Below, in pieces: positions 8,892-18,280 of a stretch of DNA of 64,000 nucleotides. The DNA lies in the NCBI GenBank assembly GCA_031459915.1, contig JAVKHO010000005.1:32806-96805 (forward strand), read 5' to 3'. The position numbers were made by a program, and so were the translations under genes. Each line of letters opens with the position of its first letter. The first letter of the stretch is position 1. Source of the stretch: Candidatus Tepidifontimicrobium thermophilum (lineage in GTDB: Bacteria > Sysuimicrobiota > Sysuimicrobiia > Sysuimicrobiales > Sysuimicrobiaceae). Under the pieces are notes generated by a model, which saw only the letters and a list, made by a program, of their open reading frames with translations, made no database searches and was not told where the DNA came from.

Positions 8892-9893
8892 GTGCGTAGG
8901 ACGGTCGTGGTGGGGTTAACGGTCCTGGCCCTCCTGGCGGCACTCCCGGCAGGAGCTCAGGCTCCCTTCTCGGGGAAGACCGTGACGATCCTCGTCGGGT
9001 ACACACCTGGAGGTGGGTACGACCGCATGGCGCGCATCGTGGCGCGGCACCTGGGGCGGCACCTCCCGGGCAACCCCACGGTGGTGGTGCAGAACATGCC
9101 CGGAGCTAACAGCATCGTAGCCGCCAACCACCTGTACAACGTGGCCCGGGCGGACGGGTTCATGATCGGGCTGTTCAACCGCAACCTCATCCTGGGCCAG
9201 CTGGTGGGGGTGGAGGGGATGCGGTTGGACATGCGGCGGTTCCAGTGGATCGGCAGCCCCGCGGAGGAGACGGACGTGTTCGCCATCCGGGCGGACCTGC
9301 CGTACCGGCACGTGCTGGACTTGCGGCGGGCGGACCCTCCCCTGGCCATCGGCGCCACGGGACCTGGGGCGAACACCTATGATTTCCCGCTGGTCCTGAA
9401 GGCTTTCCTCAAACTGAACCTGCGGATCATCAGCGGCTATCCCGGCAGCGCGGACATTATGTTGGCCATCGAGCGCAAGGAGGTGGACGGCCGGGCCGGG
9501 TCGTGGTCGTCCCTGAAGCCCTTCGTGCAGCGGGGGCTGATCAAGCCCATGGTCCGCACGCCCTCGGCCAACCCGGAGCTGCGGGGGATCCCTGTGGACC
9601 AGGACCTGGTGACGGAAGCGGTGGCCAAGGGGGTCCTGAAGCTGCGGGCCGTCCCCAACAAGCTGGGCCGGCCCTTCGTGGCGGGTCCTGCGGCTCCCGC
9701 AGAGCTGGTCCGGGCCTACCGGGAGGCCCTCCGGAAGCTCACCCAGGACCGGGAGTTCGTGGCGGAGGCGGAGCGGGCCGGGGTGGAGGTGAGCTTCACC
9801 TCAGCTGAGGAGATCCAGAAGATGTTCGACGAGGTATTCGCCACGCCGCCCGGGATCGTCCGGGTGTTCAAGGAGTTCTTCCGGTTCGAGTAG
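8892..9893 (+). CDS. tctC: Tripartite tricarboxylate transporter substrate-binding protein (Bug/TctC) 1
   Basis: Signal peptide, GYTPGGGYDRMAR and VVVQNMPGA motifs. Confidence 0.85.
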   Translation: MRRTVVVGLTVLALLAALPAGAQAPFSGKTVTILVGYTPGGGYDRMARIVARHLGRHLPGNPTVVVQNMPGANSIVAANHLYNVARADGFMIGLFNRNLILGQLVGVEGMRLDMRRFQWIGSPAEETDVFAIRADLPYRHVLDLRRADPPLAIGATGPGANTYDFPLVLKAFLKLNLRIISGYPGSADIMLAIERKEVDGRAGSWSSLKPFVQRGLIKPMVRTPSANPELRGIPVDQDLVTEAVAKGVLKLRAVPNKLGRPFVAGPAAPAELVRAYREALRKLTQDREFVAEAERAGVEVSFTSAEEIQKMFDEVFATPPGIVRVFKEFFRFE

Positions 9894-9917
9894 AAGACGG
9901 GGCGCTGGAAGGGGGGA

Positions 9918-10943
9918 ATGCGTATGGCGCGGGGTGTTAAGCTCCTCGCAACCCTCCTGGGCCTGGCGGTAGCGGGATCCGCGATATCCGGAGTGGCGCT
10001 GGGCCAGGTTTCCTTCGCGGGCAAGACCGTCACCGTCGTGGTGGGCAACCCCCCGGGCGGGGGGTACGACCGGCTGGGCCGGGTGGTGGCGCGCCACCTG
10101 GGCCGGTTCCTGCCGGGCAACCCCACGGTGGTGGTCCAGAACATGCCGGGGGCTGCCGGAGTGGTGGCGGCCAACCACCTGTACCATGTGGCCCGGCCCG
10201 ACGGCCTCACCCTCGGGCTGTTCAACCAGAACATGGTGTTCGGCCAGCTGCTGGGCGTGGAAGGACTCCGGGCGGACATGCGCAAGTGGCAGTGGGTGGG
10301 CAGCGTCACCCGGGAGACGGACGTGTTCACCATCCGGGCTGACCTGCCTTACCGGAATGTCCAGGAGCTCCGGCGGGCAGACCCGCCCCTGGCCATCGGC
10401 GCCACCGCCCCGGGGTCAGGTTCCTACGACTTTCCTCTGGTTCTCAAGGCTTTCCTCAAGCTCAACGTGCGCATCGTGAGCGGCTACCCCGGGCGGTCGG
10501 ACATCATGCTGGCCATCGAGCGCAAGGAGCTGGACGGGGTCGCCGGTTCGTGGTCGTCCATGAAGCCCTTCGCGCAGCGCGGTCTGGTGCGGGTCCTGGT
10601 GAAGACGCCTTCTGAGAACCCGGAGCTGCGGGACGTCCCGTCGGACGTGGACCTGGTGACGGAACCCACCCACAAGGCCGTGCTGCAGCTGCACGCAGTA
10701 CCCAACCGGATCGGCCGTCCCTTCGTGCTGCCCCCCGCGGTACCCGCGGACGTGGTGCGGGCCTACCGGGAGGCCTTCCGGCGCCTGGCGGAGGACCCTA
10801 CTTTCCGGACGGAGGCGGAGCGGCTGGGCTTCGAGGTGGTGTACACCTCTGGGGAGCAGTGCCTGCGCATCGTGGAGGAGGTCCTGAACAGCCCGCCGGG
10901 AGTGGTGCGAATCTTCAAGTCCTTCTTCCGGTTCGGGGAGTAG
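9918..10943 (+). CDS. tctC: TctC/Bug substrate-binding protein 2
   Basis: Tandem paralog: GNPPGGGYDRLGR, VVVQNMPGAAG. Confidence 0.85.
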   Translation: MRMARGVKLLATLLGLAVAGSAISGVALGQVSFAGKTVTVVVGNPPGGGYDRLGRVVARHLGRFLPGNPTVVVQNMPGAAGVVAANHLYHVARPDGLTLGLFNQNMVFGQLLGVEGLRADMRKWQWVGSVTRETDVFTIRADLPYRNVQELRRADPPLAIGATAPGSGSYDFPLVLKAFLKLNVRIVSGYPGRSDIMLAIERKELDGVAGSWSSMKPFAQRGLVRVLVKTPSENPELRDVPSDVDLVTEPTHKAVLQLHAVPNRIGRPFVLPPAVPADVVRAYREAFRRLAEDPTFRTEAERLGFEVVYTSGEQCLRIVEEVLNSPPGVVRIFKSFFRFGE

Positions 10944-10975
10944 CAGATCGAGGGATGGCGTAGCAGATCGAGGGA
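10940..10975 (+). repeat. 16-bp direct repeat GTAGCAGATCGAGGGA, period 20
   Basis: Exact copies at 10940-10955 and 10960-10975. Confidence 0.8.
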
Positions 10976-10991
10976 GGGGTGACGATCCCGG

Positions 10992-12518
10992 ATGGTTGAA
11001 GCCCTACTGGATGGCCTTCTTCGGGTCCTCCAGCCCAACGCGCTCGTGTACATGCTCTTCGGAGTCTTCATCGGCTTCTGGGTAGGGATCCTTCCCGGGC
11101 TGGGCGGTACGGTGACACTGGCCCTCATGCTGCCGTTCGTGTACGGCATGGAACCCGTGCAGGCCTTCGCGTTCCTGCTGGGCATGCACTCCGTGGTGGC
11201 CACCACGGGGGACCTCACCAGCATCCTGTTCGGCATTCCGGGCGAGGGCCTCAGTGCCGCACTGGTGCTGGACGGCTACGCCATGACGAAGAAGGGAGAG
11301 GCGGGAAGAGCTCTGGGCGCCAACCTGATGAGTTCCTTGGTGGGCGCCCTAGTGGGTGCAGCGGCCCTGGCGGCTGCCATCCCCGTGGTGCGGCCCCTCG
11401 TGCTGAGCTTCGGGGCGCCCGAGCTGTTCATGCTAGCGGTCATGGGCATCGCCTTCATCGCGTCCCTCAGTGGCCGGGGTGCCCGGGGTCTTGCGCGGGG
11501 AGCCGCGGCGGGGGCGCTGGGCCTGCTGGTGAGCTCTGTGGGCCAGGACCCTCAGGCGGGGATCCTGCGCTACACCTTCGGACAGCTGTACCTGTGGGGC
11601 GGTATCGATATCGTCCCCGCGGTGGTGGGGCTGTTCGCGCTGCCCGAGATCCTGGACCTGATGGTGCGCCGGACGTCCATCGCGGCCACCGCCCCTACGG
11701 AGAAGCTCACCGGAGTGTGGGAGGGCGTGAAGGACTGCTTCCGCCACTTCGGGCTCACCCTGCGCTGCAGCCTGATCGGCGCCTTCATCGGGATCATGCC
11801 GGGCCTGGGAGGCGGGGTGGCCCAGTGGATGAGCTACGGGCACGCGGTGCAGAGCGCCAAGACCGCAGAAGAGCGGGCGCGGTTCGGGAAGGGGGACGTG
11901 CGGGGGGTCCTGGGACCCGGGGCGGCCAACAACTCCAAGGAGGGAGGATCCCTGATCCCCACGGTCGCCTTCGGCGTTCCCGGGAGCTCCGCCATGGCCG
12001 TGTTGCTGGGCGGGTTCTTCCTCACGGGACTGGTGCCGGGTCCGGATATGCTGACCCGCCACCTGTCCGTTACCTACTCCATGGTGTGGACGCTGGTGCT
12101 GGCCAACGTGGTCACTGTAGCCCTGTGCTTTCCCCTGCTTCCTTATTTGGCCCGGCTGACCGCGATCCGGGCCACGCGCCTGGTTCCGTTCCTGATGCTG
12201 CTGGTGTTCCTGGGCGCGTACACCGCCAACAACAGCTGGGGCGACATCCTGGTGGCGGTGACGTTTGGGATCCTCGGCTACGCCATGGTGCGCTTCGGCT
12301 GGCCCCGGGCACCACTCGTGCTGGGCTTGGTCCTGGGCGACGTGGCGGAGCGCTACCTGTGGATCTCTGTGGCCCGCTACGGGTGGGACTGGCTGGGTCG
12401 CCCGGGCGTGGTGGTCTTCCTCGTGTTGACGTTGGCGGTCCTGCTGGTGCCCTTCTTCCAGGAGTGGAGGGAGCGCCGGGCCGGGTACGTGCTGGGGGGG
12501 GCGGCGCATGCGGACTGA
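10992..12518 (+). CDS. tctA: TTT large permease TctA
   Basis: GILPGLGG, SILFGIPG, DGYAMTKKGEAGRAL, AANNSKEGGSLIPTVAFGVPGS. Confidence 0.92.
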   Translation: MVEALLDGLLRVLQPNALVYMLFGVFIGFWVGILPGLGGTVTLALMLPFVYGMEPVQAFAFLLGMHSVVATTGDLTSILFGIPGEGLSAALVLDGYAMTKKGEAGRALGANLMSSLVGALVGAAALAAAIPVVRPLVLSFGAPELFMLAVMGIAFIASLSGRGARGLARGAAAGALGLLVSSVGQDPQAGILRYTFGQLYLWGGIDIVPAVVGLFALPEILDLMVRRTSIAATAPTEKLTGVWEGVKDCFRHFGLTLRCSLIGAFIGIMPGLGGGVAQWMSYGHAVQSAKTAEERARFGKGDVRGVLGPGAANNSKEGGSLIPTVAFGVPGSSAMAVLLGGFFLTGLVPGPDMLTRHLSVTYSMVWTLVLANVVTVALCFPLLPYLARLTAIRATRLVPFLMLLVFLGAYTANNSWGDILVAVTFGILGYAMVRFGWPRAPLVLGLVLGDVAERYLWISVARYGWDWLGRPGVVVFLVLTLAVLLVPFFQEWRERRAGYVLGGAAHAD

Positions 12519-13002
12519 CAGGCTGCAGCGGCAGATCCAGGAGGCGGTGTTTGCGGCCATCTTCCTGGTGGTGGGTCTGGGGGCCATGGCGCAGACTTCC
12601 CCGTGGCCGGTCAAGGCGGCCCTGTACCCGCGGGTCATGGCCGGGGTGCTGGTGCTGGCGTGCATGGCGTGCGCCGTGCTGGCGGCCCTCGGAAAGGGGG
12701 AGCGGCCCGGAAGCCGCGTGGACCTGGAGTTCTCCGACGACCTCCCTCCAGACCTGGTGCGCCGTCGGACCCTGGAAGCCTGCGGGTGGATCGGCGGGTT
12801 TCTGGCCACGGGCTGGCTTGTGGGCCTGCTGCCCGCCATGGCCCTCCTGGTGCTGGCGTACCTGCGGTGGGTCGGCCGGGAGACGTGGCGGTTCTCCCTG
12901 GTAGCCACCCTTGTGACGTGGGTCGCGCTGGAAGGGTTCATGGTGCGGCTCCTGCACCTGCCGATCCCCACCGGGGTCCTCGCCTCCCTGATCGGTCGAT
13001 GA
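12508..13002 (+). CDS. tctB: TTT small permease TctB
   Basis: 164 aa with 4-5 TM segments, ALYP motif, C-terminal L.LPIP.G, follows tctA. Confidence 0.8.
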   Translation: MRTDRLQRQIQEAVFAAIFLVVGLGAMAQTSPWPVKAALYPRVMAGVLVLACMACAVLAALGKGERPGSRVDLEFSDDLPPDLVRRRTLEACGWIGGFLATGWLVGLLPAMALLVLAYLRWVGRETWRFSLVATLVTWVALEGFMVRLLHLPIPTGVLASLIGR

Positions 13003-14231
13003 AGACGTCCACCTGGCAAGAGCCGGTCGGCGACCGGCGGGCGGGCTACGGCCGGTGGAAGCGGCCGCCCTCGGTGTACGACCGTTTCATGGAGTCCGAG
13101 GGGATTCCCGTCTACCGCGGGATCGGGGTCCGCCGCGTCCAGGACCTGCAGCTAGGGCCCTGGAGGCGGCTCGGAGGGCGGGGGGCGTACGTCCAGCTGT
13201 ACGGCACCGAGGGGATCTGGGGGATGTACCTGGTGGAGATCCCGCCTTCCGGAGCCCTGGAGGTGGAGCGGCACCTGTACGAGGAAGTGGTGTACGTGGT
13301 GGAGGGCCGAGGCGCCACGGAGGTGTGGGTGCGGGAAGGGGGGCGGCGGGAGGTGTTCGAGTGGCAGCCCGGCTCCTTGTTCACCGTGCCCCTCAACACG
13401 TATCACCGCTTCTTGAACGGCCTGTCCAGCGGTCCGGCGTTGCTCCTGGTGGGGACCACGGCCCCCGCGGTGATGAACCTCTTCGGGAGCACCGACTTCG
13501 TGTTCAACTGTCCCTACGTGTTCCGCGACCGGTACGACGAGGAGTCCGAGGACTACTTCCGTCCCAAGCTGGAGGAGGTGGAGCCGGACCCCTACCGGGG
13601 GCTGGCTATGGTGCGGACCAACTTCGTGCCGGACGTGCGGACCCTGGAGTTGCCCCTGGACAACCGGCGCTCGCCTGGCTCCCGTCGGTTGGAGCCCCAC
13701 CTGGACCGGAACGTGTTCTATCTGTGGGTGGGTCAGCACGAGAGCGGCCGCTACTCTAAGGCGCACGCCCACGAGTCCGCGGCGGTGCTCATCTGCGTGC
13801 AGGGGAAGGGCTACACCTACGCCTGGCCCAGGGCGGTGGGGACACGCCCGTGGGAGACCGGACAGGCGCACCGGGTCGTCCGGCAGGACTACGAGCCGGT
13901 GGGCCTGGTGAGTGCCGCGCCCATGGGCGGGGAGTGGTTCCACCAGCACTTCAGCGTCGGGAGGGAACCCCTGCGGCTGATGGCGTGGTTCGGCCCATTC
14001 GGACGCGGCACGGGCCGGGAGCCGGGGCGGCCCGGGGAAGAGGTCCTGGACAAGAACGCCCTGGACCTCGCGGAAGGTGGTTCCGCCATCCCCTACTGGG
14101 ACGAGGATCCGCACATCCGCCGGGAGTACGAGGAGACGCTGCAGAGAGAGGGGGTGTCGTTCCGGATGGAGGAGCGTTTCTACCGGCGGCCGGAGGAAGC
14201 TTGGGGCGCGGGGGCGGGGGAGCCGCGTTGA
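12999..14231 (+). CDS. Bicupin protein C (paralog of cupin B)
   Basis: ERHLYEEVVYVVEGRG...FEWQPGSLFTVPLNTYH and KAHAH...WFHQHF. ATGA overlap with tctB. Confidence 0.85.
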   Translation: MKTSTWQEPVGDRRAGYGRWKRPPSVYDRFMESEGIPVYRGIGVRRVQDLQLGPWRRLGGRGAYVQLYGTEGIWGMYLVEIPPSGALEVERHLYEEVVYVVEGRGATEVWVREGGRREVFEWQPGSLFTVPLNTYHRFLNGLSSGPALLLVGTTAPAVMNLFGSTDFVFNCPYVFRDRYDEESEDYFRPKLEEVEPDPYRGLAMVRTNFVPDVRTLELPLDNRRSPGSRRLEPHLDRNVFYLWVGQHESGRYSKAHAHESAAVLICVQGKGYTYAWPRAVGTRPWETGQAHRVVRQDYEPVGLVSAAPMGGEWFHQHFSVGREPLRLMAWFGPFGRGTGREPGRPGEEVLDKNALDLAEGGSAIPYWDEDPHIRREYEETLQREGVSFRMEERFYRRPEEAWGAGAGEPR

Positions 14232-15043
14232 GCCTGCGGGTCGAGCACCTCTCGCTGCGGTACGCCACGGGCGTCGAAGTCCTGCAGGACGTCAGCCTCG
14301 AAGTGGCGCCGGGCGAGTTCGTGTCCGTGGTGGGCCCCAGTGGCTGCGGGAAGTCTACGCTGCTGAACGTGGTGGCGGGGCTGGCGGACCGGAGGGCGGA
14401 TGTGGAGCGGTCGGGCCGCGTCACGTGGAACGGCCGCGAGATCCACACCGCTTCGGACTGGGTGGGCGAGCTGGGCTATGTGTTCCAGCGGGACACGTTG
14501 CTGCCGTGGTTCACCCTGCACCAGAACGTGGAGCTGGGGCTGCGCATCCGGGGTGTCCCCCGGGAACAGCGGGAGCAGCGGGTGCGGGAGCTGGTGCGGC
14601 TGGTGGGGCTGGAGGGCTTCGAGCACGTCTTCCCCCACCAGCTCTCGGGAGGGATGCGCCAGCGGGCGCAGCTGCTGCGGACCCTGGCGTACGAACCGAA
14701 GGTCATCCTGATGGACGAGCCGTTCGGGGCCCTGGACGCCCACACGCGGTTGGGCCTCCAGCGGGAGGTCACGGAGATGTGGGCGCAGCTGCGCAACACC
14801 GTCCTGTTCGTGACCCACGACCTGACGGAGGCCATCGTGATGGCCCAGCGGGTCGTGCTGATGTCCCACCGGCCCGGCCGCGTGGTGCAGGTGTACGAGG
14901 TCCCCTTCGGCTACCCCCGTGACCCCATCGAGCTGCAGGGTCGCCGGGAGTTCGCGCTGCTGCACGCGGAGATCTGGCAGGGCCTGGCCCAGGAGTTCCG
15001 GGCCCAGGACGCGGAACGGGAGGCGGAGCGGCTGGGGGTATAA
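14228..15043 (+). CDS. ABC ATPase, NitT/TauT (TauB/SsuB-like)
   Basis: GPSGCGKS, LSGGMRQR, LMDEPFGALD, FVTHD. TTG start overlaps the upstream stop. Confidence 0.9.
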   Translation: MSLRVEHLSLRYATGVEVLQDVSLEVAPGEFVSVVGPSGCGKSTLLNVVAGLADRRADVERSGRVTWNGREIHTASDWVGELGYVFQRDTLLPWFTLHQNVELGLRIRGVPREQREQRVRELVRLVGLEGFEHVFPHQLSGGMRQRAQLLRTLAYEPKVILMDEPFGALDAHTRLGLQREVTEMWAQLRNTVLFVTHDLTEAIVMAQRVVLMSHRPGRVVQVYEVPFGYPRDPIELQGRREFALLHAEIWQGLAQEFRAQDAEREAERLGV

Positions 15044-15877
15044 GTGGCCGCGGTCGAGCTGAAGCGGGTGGCGCTGGGCAAAGTCCGCTGGGCGCGGCGG
15101 GCCGCGGTGGGTCAGACCAACGTGGGCCTGCGCCTGCTCGCTGTGGGGCTGTCCGTGGCGGTTTGGGAAGCGGGTACCGGTGGGCTGGGCTGGCGCCCGC
15201 TGCCGCCGGCGCTGCTCCCGAGCCCCGGCGAGACCTGGCAGAGCCTGGTGGGCTACGCCCGCTCCGGGCTGCTGGCCCTGGACGTGAGCCGGACCCTGAC
15301 CCAGGCATTTCTCGGCCTGGCCCTTGGAATGGCAACCGGGACCGCCCTGGGAGTGGCCCTCGCGTACGCGCGCCGTCTGGGTGACGCCCTGGAGCCCCTG
15401 CTGGCCGCGCTCAACTCCCTTCCCCGGGTGGCAGTGGCACCCCTGCTCATCATCTGGTTCGGCCTGGGGATTACCTCCAAGGTGCTGCTGGCTTTCTTCA
15501 CGGTGGTGTTCGTGATCTTCATGAACACCTACTCGGGGGTTCGCAGCGTGGACCCGGATCTGGTGCGGGCGGTGCAGGTGATGGGAGGAGGGAGCCGCCA
15601 CGTGGCGCGGTGGGTGGTGCTGCCGTGGGTGGCCAGCTGGGTGTTCGCGGCCCTGCGGACCAGCATCAGCCTGGCCCTGGCCGCCACGGTGACGGGCGAG
15701 TTCGTGGGCTCCACGCACGGGCTGGGCTACCGGATGGTGTTGGCGACGGGGGTGCTGGACACGCCCCGGGTGTTCGCCATCCTGCTGGTGCTGATGACCG
15801 TGGGCTACGCGGTGGTGGAAGGCGCCCGGCGGGTGGAAGCCTACCTGCTGCGGTGGCGGCCCGAGCTCACCATGTGA
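15044..15877 (+). CDS. ABC permease, NitT/TauT (TauC/SsuC-like)
   Basis: LPSP, PRVAVAPLLIIWFGLG, GVRSVDPDL, GEFVGS..GLG. Confidence 0.9.
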   Translation: MAAVELKRVALGKVRWARRAAVGQTNVGLRLLAVGLSVAVWEAGTGGLGWRPLPPALLPSPGETWQSLVGYARSGLLALDVSRTLTQAFLGLALGMATGTALGVALAYARRLGDALEPLLAALNSLPRVAVAPLLIIWFGLGITSKVLLAFFTVVFVIFMNTYSGVRSVDPDLVRAVQVMGGGSRHVARWVVLPWVASWVFAALRTSISLALAATVTGEFVGSTHGLGYRMVLATGVLDTPRVFAILLVLMTVGYAVVEGARRVEAYLLRWRPELTM

Positions 15878-15891
15878 GAGGGGGGATCGCG

Positions 15892-16917
15892 ATGCACGGC
15901 CGCGGGCTCGCTGTGTGGTTGCTGGCGGGAGTGCTGTCGGGGTTGCTGGCGAACTCAGGAGCGGCGCAGGTGCGGTACCGGCTGCAGATGGCGGGGGTTC
16001 TCTCGTACGAACAGAACCTCCCGGTGTTCGCGGCCCTGGCCCAGGGCTTTTACGACCAGGAGGGGGTGGAGGTAACCCGCCTGGTCTTCGGTTCCGGTGG
16101 GGCCATGCGCACCGCGGTGATGGCGAAGGAGTTCGACTTCGGGTACTTCGCCTTCGTGCACGTCCCCCTGGCGCGGCTGGGAGGCTCGCCCTGGAAGGCG
16201 GTCCTGGCGCTGCACGACCGGGAGATCTTCAGCCTGGTGGTGCGCAACGAGCTCAAGGGGCAGGTGAAGCGGGTGGAGGACCTGCGTGGCAGGACCGTGG
16301 GCTTCTCGCTCCCCGGCGCGGGCTCGTGGATGGCGGCCAACGTGTTCCTCCGCAAGGCCGGGCTGGACCCTGAGCGGGACGTGCGGTTCCTCCCCCTGGG
16401 CGGAGACCCCGGGGTCATCTACAGCGCCATCCGGACGGGGCGGGTGGACGCCTTCTCCTCCTGGGAGCCCACAACCACCCGGGTTCTGCTGGAGGGGCTC
16501 GCGTACGCCATCGTGCGGGCGTGGTCGGATCGCGACCACCGGGAGTGGTACGGGTCTGACCGGTCCCTTTCGTTGATGCTGGTGACCCGGGAGGACGTGA
16601 TCCAGCGCGACCCGGATCTTGTGGGCCGCGTCGTCCGCGCCACGCGGAAGGGGCTGGAGTACGTGCGGTCCACGTCCCCGGAGCGGCTCGCCACCGAACT
16701 CATGGACCACCCGCGCACCCGGGAGTACTTCACGGGCCTGCAGCGGCCGTTCGTGGTGGAGATGTTCCGAAAGATCCGCGGTGGCTTCGGCACGGGCTGC
16801 CTGAGCCGGAGGGGCTTTGAGGCGCAGATGCGTCTGGCGGTGCAGTACCAGGTGGTGCGTCAGCCCATCACCTTCGAGGAGTTCGCGGACACCCGCTGGG
16901 CTGGGGCGTGTCCGTAA
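15892..16917 (+). CDS. ABC substrate-binding protein, SsuA/NMT1 family
   Basis: Signal peptide, A..QGFYDQEGVEV, EDLRGRTVG, GRVDA...WEP. Confidence 0.85.
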   Translation: MHGRGLAVWLLAGVLSGLLANSGAAQVRYRLQMAGVLSYEQNLPVFAALAQGFYDQEGVEVTRLVFGSGGAMRTAVMAKEFDFGYFAFVHVPLARLGGSPWKAVLALHDREIFSLVVRNELKGQVKRVEDLRGRTVGFSLPGAGSWMAANVFLRKAGLDPERDVRFLPLGGDPGVIYSAIRTGRVDAFSSWEPTTTRVLLEGLAYAIVRAWSDRDHREWYGSDRSLSLMLVTREDVIQRDPDLVGRVVRATRKGLEYVRSTSPERLATELMDHPRTREYFTGLQRPFVVEMFRKIRGGFGTGCLSRRGFEAQMRLAVQYQVVRQPITFEEFADTRWAGACP

Positions 16918-16930
16918 GGGAGGGGTGCGG

Positions 16931-18280
16931 ATGCCAGACGATCGCTGGCTCGGGCAGCTGGTGGGCGACGTCCGCAAGGGTTGGATCCCCGCGGCCATCT
17001 ACAGTGACCCCGGGGTATTCGAGGCCGAGGAGGAGCGGGTGTTCGGCCGCGCGTGGGTCTTCCTGGCCCACGAGTCGGAGATCCCGGAGCCCGGGGACTA
17101 CGTGGTGCGCCGCATCGTCCGCGACTCCTTCATCGTGGCCCGCGATGAGTACGGGGAGGTCCGGGTTCTGGCCAACGTCTGCCGCCACCGGGGCATGCAG
17201 GTGTGCCGGGCGGAGCGTGGGAACGCCAGCCACTTCCGGTGTCCGTACCACGGGTGGACCTACCGGAACACCGGCGACCTGGTGGGGGTGCCGTTCCACG
17301 AGGACGCCTACGGCGGGGACCGGGAGTTCCCGAAGTCGGAGTTCGGGTTGCTGAGCGCACCCCGGGTGGCCTCCTACAACGGGCTGGTCTTCGCCAGCCT
17401 GGACCCCGGGGCTCCACCCCTGGAGGAGTACCTCGGCGGGTTCCGCTTCTACCTGGACTTCTACACCCGTCAGAGTCCCGCCGGGCTGGAGGTGCACGGC
17501 CCGCAGCGGTGGCGGATCCGGGCGAACTGGAAGATCGGCGCGGAGAACTTCTGCGGGGACACCTACCACACCCCCTACACCCACCAGAGCATCGCTGAGA
17601 TCGGGCTGTTCGGGGAGCACAAGCCCCACAAGCGCAAGGAAGGGGTCCTGTACTTCGCAGACCGCGGCGGCGGGACCACCTACAAGCTGCCGCCGGGCGG
17701 TTTCGCGGACCGCCTGCGGTCTGTGGGTTACCCGGACGGGATGATCGAGCGGATGGCGCAGACGTGGTCGCGGGAGCAGCGGGCCCTGGTGGGGGAGGCA
17801 GGGTTTATGGTCTCGGCCGCCACCTTGTTCCCCAACCTGAGCTTCGTCCACAACTGGCCACGGGTCCGGGAGGGCGGGCCCCCGGTGCCGTTCGTCTCCA
17901 TCCGCCTGTGGCAGCCCGTCGGGCCGGACGAGACGGAGGTGTACTCGTGGTTCGCGGTGGACCGCCTGGCGCCGGAGGAGTTCAAGCAAGACTCCTACCG
18001 GTCGTACCTCCTGTCCTTCGGGACGTCCGGGATGTTCGAGCAGGACGACGTGGAGAACTGGACCTCCATCACGGCGGTGGCTGCGGGCCGGTGGGCCCGT
18101 GGGCTCCGGCTGCACAGCCGGATGGGGCTTTCCCGGGAAGGTAGGCTGCTGCGGGAACCCCTGGCCGACTGGCCGGGCCCCGGTCAGGCGTTCCAGGGGT
18201 TCGGGGAGTACAACCAGCGGGCGCTGCTGGAGCTGTGGTGCCGGTACCTGGAGGGTGCTCGGGAGGCGGTGGAGGTGTGA
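16931..18280 (+). CDS. Rieske aromatic ring-hydroxylating dioxygenase alpha subunit
   Basis: Rieske motifs CRHRG...CPYHGW, mononuclear Fe motifs ENFCGDTYHTPYTH and FEQDD. Confidence 0.95.
   Translation: MPDDRWLGQLVGDVRKGWIPAAIYSDPGVFEAEEERVFGRAWVFLAHESEIPEPGDYVVRRIVRDSFIVARDEYGEVRVLANVCRHRGMQVCRAERGNASHFRCPYHGWTYRNTGDLVGVPFHEDAYGGDREFPKSEFGLLSAPRVASYNGLVFASLDPGAPPLEEYLGGFRFYLDFYTRQSPAGLEVHGPQRWRIRANWKIGAENFCGDTYHTPYTHQSIAEIGLFGEHKPHKRKEGVLYFADRGGGTTYKLPPGGFADRLRSVGYPDGMIERMAQTWSREQRALVGEAGFMVSAATLFPNLSFVHNWPRVREGGPPVPFVSIRLWQPVGPDETEVYSWFAVDRLAPEEFKQDSYRSYLLSFGTSGMFEQDDVENWTSITAVAAGRWARGLRLHSRMGLSREGRLLREPLADWPGPGQAFQGFGEYNQRALLELWCRYLEGAREAVEV

Noticed and set aside
10940..10975. CRISPR array
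   Set aside because: Only two 16-bp copies with a 4-nt spacer, and no cas genes
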